Shown in pieces: positions 20,880-30,824 of a stretch of DNA of 64,000 nucleotides. The DNA lies in contig JAVJQW010000057.1 in NCBI GenBank assembly GCA_040218735.1, forward strand, positions 192,001 to 256,000. The letters run 5' to 3'. The translations under genes and the position numbers were made by a program. Within the stretch, counting starts at the first letter, position 1; every line of letters starts with the position of its first letter. This stretch comes from Deltaproteobacteria bacterium. Lineage in GTDB: Bacteria > Myxococcota > Kuafuiibacteriia > Kuafuiibacteriales > Kuafuiibacteriaceae. The notes under the pieces were generated by a model, which was not told where the DNA came from, did no database searches, and saw only the letters and a list, made by a program, of their open reading frames with translations.

Positions 20880-22886
20880 CTAGAGGGAACGAAGGAAGCT
20901 CAACAGCTGCTCGCGCGCGGCGGCGTCGAGCGCGAGGTATGCGTCGCGCGCCGCCGTGCCCTCCCCGCCGTGCCAACGGATCGCTTCGTCCAACGTCCGG
21001 GCGCGTCCGTCGTGCAGGTACGCCTCGGCTCCGCTGACGCCCGCCGTGCGCCCGATCCCCCACAGCGGCGCGGTCCGCCACTCGGCGCCCGACGCGTCGC
21101 CTTCGGGGAGCGCATCCGCGAGGCCCGGCCCCATGTCGTGGAGCAGCAGGTCGGTGTACGGCGCGATCGTCTGCGCGCGGACTTCGGCGTTCGGCGCAAA
21201 CGCGGAGGTCGTGAACCGATCGACGTGGCAGGCGACGCACCCCGTCGTGCGAAACACTTCGGCGCCGTCCGTCACGTCCGGATCGTCGAAGTCGCGTTGA
21301 GGCCGCATCCCCAACAGCGCCACGTAGAGCGCGAGGTCGTCGAGCGCGTCGTCGTCCAGCTCCGCACCCGACGGTCCGCAACCGGTCTGCGCCGCGCCAC
21401 AGTCCGGCGTCGGATAGACGGAGGTGAGCACACCCATGTCCGTGCGGAGCGCCGCCGCCGTCTGCGCACGGACGGTCGGCTGGCTCGCCTTGTAACCGAA
21501 CCGCCCGAGGCGCTCGCCGACGACGTGCATGCGACCCGAGATCCGATCGCCGTCCGCGTCGTCCGGATCCGCGAGCGCCGCCACAGCCTCCTCCGGGATG
21601 GCTTCGAGTAACCCGAGGCCGACGAGCTGCGGGGAGATGCGCGCCGAGAAGTGCTCCGGCGCCGCGCCGTCGAACGCGTAGCGCGGGCGTCGCAGACCGT
21701 CCTCTTCTTCCCACGCCGCGAGCGTGACGTCCGGTTCGCCGCTCGGCTGGAGGACGTCGCCGAGCTCGGGGTGCGGCCCGCCGTCCGCGGTGCCGACCTT
21801 CACGACGTACTGCGAGAGCTCAGCGCCGACGGATGGAGGCACCGCGCGTCCGTTGCGAACGTGGCAAGCGTTACACGCGTCGTTGATCGCGAGCGGCCCG
21901 GCCTTGCCCGCTTGCTCGGTCCACACCGGGTTCTCGGCGGATTCGTCGTGGCGCCCAGTGTCGAAGCTCGTGTGCGCGAGGCGTCGCCCGACGACGAATC
22001 GCTGCGCGTGGTCGGGCGCGAGGTTCGTCGGCATCTGGCTGAAGTCGTACGGCGGCTCGTCGGACTCCGCGGCGTGGATCGTCGTGTCGCCGCCCAGACG
22101 CGCCGCCTCCGGAATCACTTCGGAGTCCCGGAGCGGTCCGCTCCCGATCCACGGCACCAGACCCTCGCCGACGATGTAGAGGAACGTCGTGCCGTAGTAG
22201 TTGGTGCGCCCGCGCGGCGGTGCGTCGAGGAACTGGCTGATCTCGAGCTCCATCTTGTCGCCGACCTGAAGGGGGCGCCCCTCGCGCGCGTTGAAGCTGA
22301 CCTCGCGCGTGTAGTGGAGGTCGTCGATCGCCGTCATGGGCCGGTTGTCGTGGTACTCGGCGACGGTGTTCTGGCCCCGGTAGAAAAACCTCAGCTCCGC
22401 CTGCATCGCTTGGAGCTTCCACTCGGACTCCACGTCGAAGCGAATCGTGTCGCCACCCTTGCCCACGGTGTCGGTGACCTCGACGCGGACCGTTCGATGC
22501 TCCCAGTACAGCGGGAGGTAGTGCTCGTACGCTTGGAACTGAGCTTCGCGAGCGTGCCGGTCGCGCCCGCGATCCGCGAAGCGCGTGATGAGCGCCGTCG
22601 GTGTGTCCTCGACGAGCGGCGCGTCCAGCACCGTCGACTCGTCGAAGAGCGGCACGAGGGTCGGGGCCGCGTCGGGCCTGCCCGCGTCGGCAACGCCAGC
22701 GTCGAAGCGATCGCCCCCCGCATCGACCGCCGCGCCGCCGTCACGCACCCCGCCATCCGCGGGGGCCGGTCCGGGGTCCGGCGTCGTCTGCGCGCCCGTG
22801 CACGCAAACGAAAAGAGGGAGAGAATCAGAGCCGGCCACTTTGTTTGCAACCCGAACAAACTAAGTGAGCACGACGAGGCGGTCAA
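20880..22886 (-). CDS. Di-haem oxidoreductase (DHOR) family lipoprotein
   Basis: CNACH and CVACH haem motifs, ARISPQLVGLGLLEAI, GRFGYKA, PYTDLLLHDMG, EWRTAPLWGIG, YLHDGRARTL.EAI.WHGGE. Start may lie slightly downstream. Confidence 0.88.
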   Translation of the reverse strand: MTASSCSLSLFGLQTKWPALILSLFSFACTGAQTTPDPGPAPADGGVRDGGAAVDAGGDRFDAGVADAGRPDAAPTLVPLFDESTVLDAPLVEDTPTALITRFADRGRDRHAREAQFQAYEHYLPLYWEHRTVRVEVTDTVGKGGDTIRFDVESEWKLQAMQAELRFFYRGQNTVAEYHDNRPMTAIDDLHYTREVSFNAREGRPLQVGDKMELEISQFLDAPPRGRTNYYGTTFLYIVGEGLVPWIGSGPLRDSEVIPEAARLGGDTTIHAAESDEPPYDFSQMPTNLAPDHAQRFVVGRRLAHTSFDTGRHDESAENPVWTEQAGKAGPLAINDACNACHVRNGRAVPPSVGAELSQYVVKVGTADGGPHPELGDVLQPSGEPDVTLAAWEEEDGLRRPRYAFDGAAPEHFSARISPQLVGLGLLEAIPEEAVAALADPDDADGDRISGRMHVVGERLGRFGYKASQPTVRAQTAAALRTDMGVLTSVYPTPDCGAAQTGCGPSGAELDDDALDDLALYVALLGMRPQRDFDDPDVTDGAEVFRTTGCVACHVDRFTTSAFAPNAEVRAQTIAPYTDLLLHDMGPGLADALPEGDASGAEWRTAPLWGIGRTAGVSGAEAYLHDGRARTLDEAIRWHGGEGTAARDAYLALDAAAREQLLSFLRSL

Positions 22887-22928
22887 TGACCGGGTCGACG
22901 GACCGATCGTCTTCGCTGGGGCGTGGGG

Positions 22929-23450
22929 TCAGCCGACGCGGAACGCGCGGCGGCCGTTCTTGGGGCGGCCGCCCGGGTTCGTCGGGGTTGGATCCACCGT
23001 GATCGGCGGCAGCCCGAAGCCGTCCTCGCCGCGGCGCTCGGTGCCCGGTCGCTGCGACTCCTCGAAGCTCGCGGCGACCTCGGCCCAGGCGCCCTGCTGA
23101 AGCTGCTGCGCCGTGAAGGTCAGCGGCGGCGCTTCCTCGGGGGTGTGCGGCCCGTCGATGCGGACCGTCCCGTTGTTGGCCGCGCCGCCTCCGCCGCGTC
23201 GACCGCCCGAGAACGACTCCCAGTCCCCGCCGCGCTGGTCGCGGAGGGCCCCCTGCTGCGCGAGCAGAGCCTCCCGGCGCCTCAGCTCGTCGGCGACATC
23301 GGTGTGCTGCCGCGAGGGGTCGATCCCCTGATCGCCGATCTCGAGCTGCCGACCGGGGACGAGCCGGTCGAGGTGCTCCGCGCCGTTGAAGTCGACGCGG
23401 TTCGGCTGACCGGTGCTGACACCGGTCCCATGGACGTTGGGCAAAGACAT
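22929..23450 (-). CDS. Hypothetical, largely disordered protein (effector-like N-terminus)
   Basis: ATG 23450 gives MSLPNVHGTGVSTGQPNRV...; preceded by the sigma-28-like motif. Confidence 0.6.
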   Translation of the reverse strand: MSLPNVHGTGVSTGQPNRVDFNGAEHLDRLVPGRQLEIGDQGIDPSRQHTDVADELRRREALLAQQGALRDQRGGDWESFSGGRRGGGGAANNGTVRIDGPHTPEEAPPLTFTAQQLQQGAWAEVAASFEESQRPGTERRGEDGFGLPPITVDPTPTNPGGRPKNGRRAFRVG

Positions 23451-23464
23451 CCCGGGTCGACGCA

Positions 23465-23492
23465 TTATCGGTGCGACGACTCGGGTGTTGCG
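23465..23492 (-). promoter_or_regulatory. Putative sigma-28 (FliA/WhiG)-type promoter CGCAA-N15-ACCGATAA
   Basis: The -10 matches GCCGATAA at 7/8; same -35 and spacing as the copy at 38713-38740; 14 nt upstream of ATG 23450. Confidence 0.6.
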
Positions 23493-23508
23493 TCTTTTCG
23501 TCGATTTT

Positions 23509-23988
23509 TCAGGCCAGGCGAACCGCCGGGACGCGCGCGAGGACACGCGCGAGCAGATCCGCCGTCTGCCTCTGAATCCCGGGCGCCCCGCTCTCCCGCG
23601 GGCCCGCGACGTTCAGCACCTTCGGCTGCACCCGCTCCACCCACGCGACGATCTCGTCGACCGGGTCCAGGCCCAGCGTCAGATCCACCACGAGGAGCGG
23701 CCTGCGCACGCTCTCGGCGTGCTCGACGGTCAGGCGCGTGCCCCCCATCGGCGCTCCCCGCGTGAACACGAGCGTCGCGGAGCTGGTCTCGACGTTGCGC
23801 TGCGTCCGGCAGTGCACGTTCTCCGAGCGGGTCTCCTGGAGCGGATACTGGACGGGTATCGGGCCGTCCTCCGCCCAGCGGCCCCGCGGGCACCAGCCGC
23901 CGACCTCGAACCCGAGCGCCATCCCGACGTCCAGCGCCGCGCGGTCGACCCCCGTCTGTCCCCCCGAAACGATCTTCATCCCCTGCAT
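23509..23988 (-). CDS. SLOG-superfamily 'putative molybdenum carrier' protein
   Basis: KIVSGGQTGVDRAALD, GGWCPRGR.AEDG, RT..NV..S.ATL, LNVAGPRES. Confidence 0.85.
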   Translation of the reverse strand: MQGMKIVSGGQTGVDRAALDVGMALGFEVGGWCPRGRWAEDGPIPVQYPLQETRSENVHCRTQRNVETSSATLVFTRGAPMGGTRLTVEHAESVRRPLLVVDLTLGLDPVDEIVAWVERVQPKVLNVAGPRESGAPGIQRQTADLLARVLARVPAVRLA

Positions 23989-24028
23989 CGTTCGCCGGGG
24001 GAGGCCGTACCCCGAAAGGGTTTCGACT

Positions 24029-25411
24029 TCAACCGTTTTTCGTATCAGCCGAGCGTCGGGGCGGCCGACCGATCCGCACCTCGGCGGTCCCGAGCGCCCG
24101 CTCGACGCTGCGCGCGACGGCCAGGAGCCGGTGGTCTTCGCCGCGCCGCCCGATCAGGTGCAGCCCGATGGGCATGCCTTCGGGATCGAGCGCGATGGGG
24201 ATCGTCACCGCGCACTGCCCGAGGCAGTTCACGATCGACGTGTTGCGCAGCGCGAGCATATTCGCGCGCCGGTAGGCTTCGATGTCGGTGATGCTCGCGA
24301 CCTCGGGCGGTGTGCCCGCGCAGGTCGGCGTGAGCCACGCGTCGAACGGCGCGATGCGCGCGTCCGCCGCATCGCTCAGACGACGAATCTCTTCGAGCCG
24401 CGCGACGTACTGGTACGCCGGCTCCTCCGCCACACCGACGACGCGATCGCGCACGACCGGATCGAGGTGCTCGATGCGATCTTCCAGCTCGGTCTTCAGG
24501 AACGCGTAGAGCTCCTGCGCCGCGACGCCCCCCGCACGGAAGAGTTGGCGCGCCGCCTCCCCCTCTGGGACGTCGACCGGCGTGACGCGCGCACCGCACG
24601 CCGCGAGCGCGCCCGCTGCGGACTCGACGGCCTCCGCGATCCCCGGATCACATTCGTCGAAGAACGGCGCACCGGGGACGCCGAAGCGGAGCGACGAAAG
24701 GTCCGGCGTGTCGGGGACGGTCGTGCCATCGATCGTCTCGAACGCGACGATCGCGTCCTCGACGGTGCGCGTGAGGATGCCCGGCGTGTCGAGCGAAGTG
24801 CTGAGCGGCACGATGCCCTGCGTCGACCACCGCCCCTTCGTCGTCTTCACGCCGACGTTCCCGGTCATCGACGCGGGCACCCGAACGGAGCCCGCGGTGT
24901 CGGTGCCGAGCGCGACCAGCGCGCTGCCCTCGGCGAGTGAGACCCCCGCGCCGGCGCTGGACCCGCCGGGGATGCGGTGGCGTTCGGCGTCCCACGGGTT
25001 CTTGGGCGTGCCCCAGTGTTTGTTCATCCCGATGCCGGAGAACGCGAACTCCACGGTGTGGGTCTTGCCGACGATCAGCGCAAACGCATCGAGGCAGGCG
25101 CGGACGACCGGCCCCGGGAGATCGAACCGGTCCGGGAGGGGTGTCGGCGTGCCGGCGCACGTGTCGAAGCCGGGCACGCCGTACAGGTCCTTCACGGAGA
25201 TCGGGATGCCGTGCAGCGGGCCGAAGTCGCGCCCGAGCTTCAGCGCGGCGTCGGCGGCGCGCGCGGTCTCGCGGAGGCGGTCGTCGTCGACGGCGCGGTA
25301 GGCGAGCAGATCTTCGTCGCGGTTCGCGATGGCTTCCTCGGCGAGGGCCTCGACGGTGATCGCGCGGGTCCGTAGGAGCTTTCGGATCTCGTTCAGGCTT
25401 CGTTCGAGCAC
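24029..25411 (-). CDS. Amidase-signature family enzyme (intact Lys-Ser-Ser triad)
   Basis: GPLHGIPISVKD, GKTHTVEFA, PGGSSAG, LGTDTAGSVRVPA; GTG start at 25411. Confidence 0.88.
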   Translation of the reverse strand: MLERSLNEIRKLLRTRAITVEALAEEAIANRDEDLLAYRAVDDDRLRETARAADAALKLGRDFGPLHGIPISVKDLYGVPGFDTCAGTPTPLPDRFDLPGPVVRACLDAFALIVGKTHTVEFAFSGIGMNKHWGTPKNPWDAERHRIPGGSSAGAGVSLAEGSALVALGTDTAGSVRVPASMTGNVGVKTTKGRWSTQGIVPLSTSLDTPGILTRTVEDAIVAFETIDGTTVPDTPDLSSLRFGVPGAPFFDECDPGIAEAVESAAGALAACGARVTPVDVPEGEAARQLFRAGGVAAQELYAFLKTELEDRIEHLDPVVRDRVVGVAEEPAYQYVARLEEIRRLSDAADARIAPFDAWLTPTCAGTPPEVASITDIEAYRRANMLALRNTSIVNCLGQCAVTIPIALDPEGMPIGLHLIGRRGEDHRLLAVARSVERALGTAEVRIGRPPRRSADTKNG

Positions 25412-25544
25412 GATGCGCGGTTGTAGCCCGAGTTCGTCCGGGTGTGACGGACGAATCCGGACGCCGTCACGAACACGCAACACCTTTGCGGGGTGAATCG
25501 AAACCGACGCGGCGCGGCACGAGATCTGCTTTCTCTTCCGCGCG

Positions 25545-26129
25545 ATGACCGCCCGTCTCATAGGCAGCGCCGCCGCTGCGATCGCGCTCACGTTCACCTT
25601 CGCGGCCCCCGCCCAAGCGAAGCCCTGCCGAACCAACATCCACGTCAACGGAAGCTGCGTCTCGACCACCAAGGTCCGAAAGCTCGAGCGCGCCTACGGA
25701 ACCGAGAGCCGCGCCGGGCGTTATTGGTACGACCGCCGCTCCGGCCTGATGGGCCTCGAAGGTCAGCCTCCCTTCACGCAGATCGCCGCGGGCCTCGACC
25801 TCGGCGGTCGCTTGAAACGAAACGCCTCGCAGGGCACGACCCGCGTGTTCATCAACGGGCGCGAGCTGCACACGACAGAGGTCGCGTTCCTGCGGCGCTT
25901 CGGCCCGGTGGTCCCCGGGCGCTACTGGATGAACGCACGGCTCGACGTCGGCTTCGAAGGCAACGCGAGGCCGTTTGCGAACCTCGGCGCGGCGATGCAA
26001 CGCGGTCGACGCGGCGGCGGCAGCAGCTACTACAGCAACAGCAACCTCGGAACCCACGCCGGAAGCTCCGGCGGCTGTTCGTATGTGTCCACGACGAGCG
26101 GCTCGGTCATGACCGGCAACTGCAACTGA
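25545..26129 (+). CDS. Secreted hypothetical protein
   Basis: Signal peptide (…AAPAQA); GRYWYD..SGL.G, T.VFINGREL and PGRYW motifs; Gly/Ser-rich tail with Cys. Confidence 0.7.
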   Translation: MTARLIGSAAAAIALTFTFAAPAQAKPCRTNIHVNGSCVSTTKVRKLERAYGTESRAGRYWYDRRSGLMGLEGQPPFTQIAAGLDLGGRLKRNASQGTTRVFINGRELHTTEVAFLRRFGPVVPGRYWMNARLDVGFEGNARPFANLGAAMQRGRRGGGSSYYSNSNLGTHAGSSGGCSYVSTTSGSVMTGNCN

Positions 26130-26132
26130 TCG

Positions 26133-27476
26133 TCACGGGTCGTCCTGCCCCTCGGCGACCGCCAAAGCTCCCCCCTCGGCGAGCGCCAGCCCTCCGGCCT
26201 CCGCGCCGTCGATGACCGACAACCGCCCCGCCTCCCCGCGCGCCCGTAGCTGGATCGCGGCGATGGCCTGGTCCGCCGCCGCGGCGACTTCGCGATCGCG
26301 GAGGACACCGCGCGTGAGCTCCCGGAGCGCCTCCACGGCTTCGACCGTACCGATCACACGTAGCGCCCGACAGGCCGCGACCTTGTCCGCGGGGGAGAAC
26401 GCGGCGAGGCGCGAGACGATGGCCGAGGTCACGCTCCCATCGCCGATCGTGACGAGAGCACGTAGGACGGTCTCCGCGGGGACCAGCGACGATGCGTCGA
26501 GCGCAGCGACGATCTCCGTCGCCGGGACGGCGGCCCGGTGCGCGCGAACGATGTCGAGCGCTTCCTTCTTGGCAGCGGCGTGAGGGCTCGACCGCAAGAC
26601 AGCTTGCAACAGCTCGGCGAGCTCCGCTCCGTTCGCCCCTGTCGCGTACGACTTCAAGGCGTCCGCAGCGACATCCTCCGGGACCTCGGACGACACCGCG
26701 AGCGCCCGCAGCTCATCTCGGCCCTCGTCCTCGAGGGTCGTCGCAGCGACGCGTCGAACTCGAGGATCCGTGTCGCGCAGCGCGCGACGACACAGCGCGA
26801 GCAACGCATCGGAGCCCGGCCGCTCCGCGCTTGCGCAGTTCAGGTTCTCGGCCCGAACCGCGGCGAGCGGATCGCCGAGCGCGTTGAGCATGAGCCGGTC
26901 GAAGATCTCCTCGTGGGGGACGGCGAGGCGCTCTGCGAGCTCGACCAACTCATCGAGCCGCCGGACGATCGTGTCGGCGTCGTCATGGTCCGCGTCGTCC
27001 CGGACCGCCACGAGCGCACCCGCCGCGACGATCAGTGAGACGTCATGGAGTCGAGCGGTCAGCGCGCGGCGCGTGGACGCGCCGAGCATCGCGAGCGCTT
27101 CGGCGCGATGCCCCGACACAGTGAAGTGCCGGTCGAAGTCCGCGTCCATCGTCGCGAGCACCTTCGCCGTGCTCTGCCGGGGCAAACCGTCGGACGAGCC
27201 GAGGAGCACGTCGGTGGGGATCTGGTCGGGAGCGTACAGACGGTGATGGAGGCGGTAGGTCGTGTGATCGTCCGCCGTCTTCTTGTCGACGCGGAGGTCG
27301 ACGTCGAATCCGCGGTAGCGGCCGCGCGCGCTCCCTCGATCTTGTTCGACGAGCGTCAGCCCGAGCCTCTTCGAGACCTCGCGCATCGTCTCGTGGAACC
27401 GGTTCCGTCGGGCGACCGTGACGAAGTAGGCGACGGCGAGGCCGGCGGCGACCGCAATCCACCCGAACGGCTCCAC
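26133..27476 (-). CDS. Membrane-anchored HEAT-repeat protein
   Basis: N-terminal TM; HEAT-like DTDPRVRRVAA and ALRVIGTVEAVEAL; C-terminal GRLS/GGLAL/GALA repeats. Confidence 0.7.
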   Translation of the reverse strand: MEPFGWIAVAAGLAVAYFVTVARRNRFHETMREVSKRLGLTLVEQDRGSARGRYRGFDVDLRVDKKTADDHTTYRLHHRLYAPDQIPTDVLLGSSDGLPRQSTAKVLATMDADFDRHFTVSGHRAEALAMLGASTRRALTARLHDVSLIVAAGALVAVRDDADHDDADTIVRRLDELVELAERLAVPHEEIFDRLMLNALGDPLAAVRAENLNCASAERPGSDALLALCRRALRDTDPRVRRVAATTLEDEGRDELRALAVSSEVPEDVAADALKSYATGANGAELAELLQAVLRSSPHAAAKKEALDIVRAHRAAVPATEIVAALDASSLVPAETVLRALVTIGDGSVTSAIVSRLAAFSPADKVAACRALRVIGTVEAVEALRELTRGVLRDREVAAAADQAIAAIQLRARGEAGRLSVIDGAEAGGLALAEGGALAVAEGQDDP

Positions 27477-27497
27477 GACGCCGATTGTGGAGACGAA

Positions 27498-28061
27498 TCA
27501 GCTCGCGTCCAAGCCGATCGTGAACGACGCACCGAACGTCAGCTCGAAGTGATTGACGAGCCCCACCTGGGAGAACGCGAGCACGTGCCGCGCGTCGGCG
27601 CGGAGCGTGACGCCCTGCATCGCCATCGTCTTCACCCCCGCACCGTAGTGCATCGCGGGGTGGTGGTCGGCGCCCATGAACGACTCACGCCCGGTGAGGC
27701 CCATGAGCCCGCCGCCCGCGACGACGAACGGCGTGAACTCCGCGGGGTAGAGCGCGATGACGTGGGCGCGCGCGGAGTAGAGCTCCCCGCGGGCGTCGCC
27801 GTGCGCGAGCTGGACGTGACCCGCCTCCGCCTCGACGCCGATGAACGCGAAGGGCCGGTAGCCGATGCGCAACGACAGGTCGAGGCCGGCGCCCCCGAGC
27901 ATCTGTGTCTGACCGTCGTAGCTGAGGCCCGTGTTGTGCCCCGCCATGAACAGCCCCGCGGCGACGCCGAGCTCCAGAGCGTGGTCCGGAACCGGCGACA
28001 CGTTGGCCGGCTCAGCGGCGGGAACGAGGTGGAGCAGTGCAACGAAGGCGATCGAGCTCAT
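27498..28061 (-). CDS. Outer-membrane beta-barrel protein (OmpA-like 8-stranded)
   Basis: Signal peptide; alternating beta strands LRIGY, IGVEAE, PFVVAGGG, YGAGVK, LRADAR, ELTFGASF. Confidence 0.75.
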   Translation of the reverse strand: MSSIAFVALLHLVPAAEPANVSPVPDHALELGVAAGLFMAGHNTGLSYDGQTQMLGGAGLDLSLRIGYRPFAFIGVEAEAGHVQLAHGDARGELYSARAHVIALYPAEFTPFVVAGGGLMGLTGRESFMGADHHPAMHYGAGVKTMAMQGVTLRADARHVLAFSQVGLVNHFELTFGASFTIGLDAS

Positions 28062-28140
28062 GACAACCGGTTAGGTCGTCACTCCCGATCGGTTCTTTGA
28101 ACTCGATGAAAGGTGTGTATCGGCGTGGTCCGCGCGTGTG

Positions 28141-29550
28141 TCAGGCGGAGCCGAGCAGGTGCGCCGCAAGTGTCTCGCGATCGATCATTCGGTCGGTGAC
28201 GTCGGGCTCGGCGCGCGACCAGACGTTCACCTGCGCGTCGCCGCGCCCGCGCAGCGTCACGACGAACGAAAAGCCCGCCTCCTCGGCGCGCTTCCTCACC
28301 TTGCCGATCTTCTTCTCCGCCTTCGGCTGCAGATCCACCGAGCACCCGGCCTCGCGCAGGGCGTAGGCGAGCTGGAGCGTGTCGTCGAGCGCGTCGCGGT
28401 CCGGCGTGACGAGGAGGACGTGCCGCCGCGTGAGATCCGCCGGGAACATGTCTCGCTGCTCCATCACCACGAGGATGCGCTCGAGGCCGATCGAGAAGCC
28501 GCACGCCGGGACCTCGCGACCGAGGAACATGCCGACGAGGCCGTCGTAGCGACCGCCACCGCCGAGCGAGCCGGCGAGATCCTCCACCGCGATCTCGAAG
28601 ATGCAGCCGGTGTAGTAGCCGAGGCCACGCGCGAGCGTCGGGTCGAACGCGAGGTAGCCGGAGGCGGGTGTCCGACCCGAGAGGCGGAGCACCTCGTCGA
28701 TCTCGTCGAGCGCGGCGATCGCGGTCTCGTTGCCTTCGAGCGCAGCCCGCAGCGCGTCGCGATCGTCGCCCGCGAGGACGAGCTTCATCAGCGCGTCGGC
28801 CTGCGCGTCCGTCATCCCGCGCGTCGCGAGCTCCTTGCGGACGCCGTCTTCACCGACCTTGTCGAGTTTGTCGATCGCGACGATCGCGTCCGACTCCTTC
28901 TCGAGATCGATCCCCGCGTGCTGCACGAACGCGCGCAACAGGCCGCGGTGGTTCAACCGAATCTTGAACTGTTCGAACCCGAGCCGCACGAGACACGCCG
29001 CGACCGCGCCGGTGACCTCGGCTTCCACGAGCATCGACCGCACGCCGCACACGTCGACGTCGCATTGGTAGAACTCGCGGAAGCGCCCCTTGCCGGGGGT
29101 GTCGGCGCGCCACACCGGCTGGATCTGGTAGCGCTTGAACGGCACCGGCAGGCGGCCGTCGTACTCCGCGACCACACGCGCGAGCGGCACGGTGAGGTCG
29201 TAGCGCAGGCCCATGTCCGCGAGCATCCCCTCGGCGCCGGGCGCGGTCTCACCGCTGCGTCCCACGACGAGGTTCTTCGCGTCGGCGACGAACGTACCCG
29301 CCTCGCGGACGCCTTCGACCATCGCCTGGCCGCGGCGGAGGATCTTGAAGACGAGCTGATCGCCTTCCTCACCGTACTTACCGAGCAGTGTCTCGAGGCG
29401 TTCGAACGTCGGGGTCTCGAGCGGCGCGAAGCCGTGCGCCTCGTAGATCTCGCGGATGATGTTCGTGACGTACGCGCGCCGAGCGAGATCGTCCGGGAGG
29501 AAGTCTCTCGTCCCGCGCGCGGGCTTCGTGACCGCGTTTTTCTTGGCCAT
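28141..29550 (-). CDS. hisS: Histidine--tRNA ligase
   Basis: RGTRDFLP, ETPTFE, LRYDLTVP, QPVWRAD..KGRFREFYQCD, LARGLGYYTG, GGGRYDGL, GFSIGLERI. Confidence 0.96.
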   Translation of the reverse strand: MAKKNAVTKPARGTRDFLPDDLARRAYVTNIIREIYEAHGFAPLETPTFERLETLLGKYGEEGDQLVFKILRRGQAMVEGVREAGTFVADAKNLVVGRSGETAPGAEGMLADMGLRYDLTVPLARVVAEYDGRLPVPFKRYQIQPVWRADTPGKGRFREFYQCDVDVCGVRSMLVEAEVTGAVAACLVRLGFEQFKIRLNHRGLLRAFVQHAGIDLEKESDAIVAIDKLDKVGEDGVRKELATRGMTDAQADALMKLVLAGDDRDALRAALEGNETAIAALDEIDEVLRLSGRTPASGYLAFDPTLARGLGYYTGCIFEIAVEDLAGSLGGGGRYDGLVGMFLGREVPACGFSIGLERILVVMEQRDMFPADLTRRHVLLVTPDRDALDDTLQLAYALREAGCSVDLQPKAEKKIGKVRKRAEEAGFSFVVTLRGRGDAQVNVWSRAEPDVTDRMIDRETLAAHLLGSA

Positions 29551-29553
29551 GGC

Positions 29554-30660
29554 TTACTGGATGATACGCAGCCCCGCCGACTTCTTCTGCGGCGTCGACG
29601 CGGCCTGCTTCGCGAGCATCGTCGCGAGCTTCGAGGCGACGGTGAAGAACACCTGCGACGCCTGGCTGTTCGGGTTCGCGAGCACCTCGGGCCGGCCCGT
29701 GTCGCCCGACTCACGCGTGCTGATCTCCAGCGGAACCTCGCCGAGCAGCGGCACGTCGAGATCCTTCGCGAGCTGCGCGGCGCCGCCCTTGTTGAAGATG
29801 TGGTGCACCGCGCCGCAGCTCGTGCACTCGAAGTGCGACATGTTCTCGACGACGCCGAGGGTGGGGATGTCGACGCGATCGAACATCGCCTTGCCGCGGG
29901 TCACGTCGGCGAGCGCCACGTTCTGCGGCGTCGACACCAGCACCGCGCCGGACACCTTCACGTTCTGCGCGATGGTGAGCTGCACATCGCCGGTGCCGGG
30001 CGGGAGGTCGAGCACGAGGTAGTCGAGGTCGCCCCACTCCACGTCGCGCATGAACTGGATGAGCGCGCCGTTGAGCATCGGGCCGCGCCAGGTCATCGCC
30101 TCCTTGGGATCGACGATGAAGCCGATCGACATCAGCTTGAGCCCGTGCCGGGGCAGCGGGATGAGCTTCTTGCCGGAGACCTCCGGGCGCTCGTGGGTGC
30201 CGAGCATCGTGGGGATCGACGGGCCGTAGATGTCGGCGTCGAGGAGGCCCACGTTGGCGCCGAGGTTCGCGAGCGCGGCGGCGACGTTCGTTGCGACGGT
30301 GCTCTTGCCGACGCCGCCCTTGCCGGACGCAAACAGCACGATGTTGCGCGCGCCGGGGACGAGGTTGTTGCCCGCGGCCGTCGCGCGCGCTGCGCGGACG
30401 TTGCTGCCCCACGCGATCTCGATCTTGCGCTCGCCGGCGAGCTCACCGACCGCGCTGTTGATCTCCTGCTCGAGGAGCGACTTGGGGCCCCACGCCGGCG
30501 TCGGCAGCTCGATGCCGATGCGCACGCGCTTGGCCTCGACCTTCACGTCCTTGACCATGCCGGCCTCGACGAGGCCCTTCTCCAGCTCGGGGTCGACGAC
30601 CTTCTCGAGCCGCTCCGTCACGGCTTCTGGGGTGAGCCCATCCTTGTTTCGGCCAAACAC
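29554..30660 (-). CDS. mrp: Mrp/ApbC (NBP35) Fe-S cluster carrier ATPase
   Basis: N-terminal DUF59 (V.DPEL), SGKGGVGKSTV, DADIYGPS, WRGPM, DLPPGTGD, ENMS.F.CxxC; GTG start at 30660. Confidence 0.92.
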   Translation of the reverse strand: MFGRNKDGLTPEAVTERLEKVVDPELEKGLVEAGMVKDVKVEAKRVRIGIELPTPAWGPKSLLEQEINSAVGELAGERKIEIAWGSNVRAARATAAGNNLVPGARNIVLFASGKGGVGKSTVATNVAAALANLGANVGLLDADIYGPSIPTMLGTHERPEVSGKKLIPLPRHGLKLMSIGFIVDPKEAMTWRGPMLNGALIQFMRDVEWGDLDYLVLDLPPGTGDVQLTIAQNVKVSGAVLVSTPQNVALADVTRGKAMFDRVDIPTLGVVENMSHFECTSCGAVHHIFNKGGAAQLAKDLDVPLLGEVPLEISTRESGDTGRPEVLANPNSQASQVFFTVASKLATMLAKQAASTPQKKSAGLRIIQ

Positions 30661-30824
30661 TGCGGATGTGCGTTTGCCTGCGTCGCCGGTCGCTGCCAAG
30701 GGCTTTTTGGGGCGGGGGGAGCCCGGACGAAGGGCGCGAGATCGCCGGGTATGTCCAGCATGTAGGACGCGAGGGCGCGCACAAAAGACAAAACCGAGGC
30801 CCTCGCACGTCTGTATCACGTGAG

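Noticed and set aside
29220-29330. ~30-aa insertion in HisRS before LRYDLT
   Set aside because: This loop is variable in this HisRS subtype; low significance.
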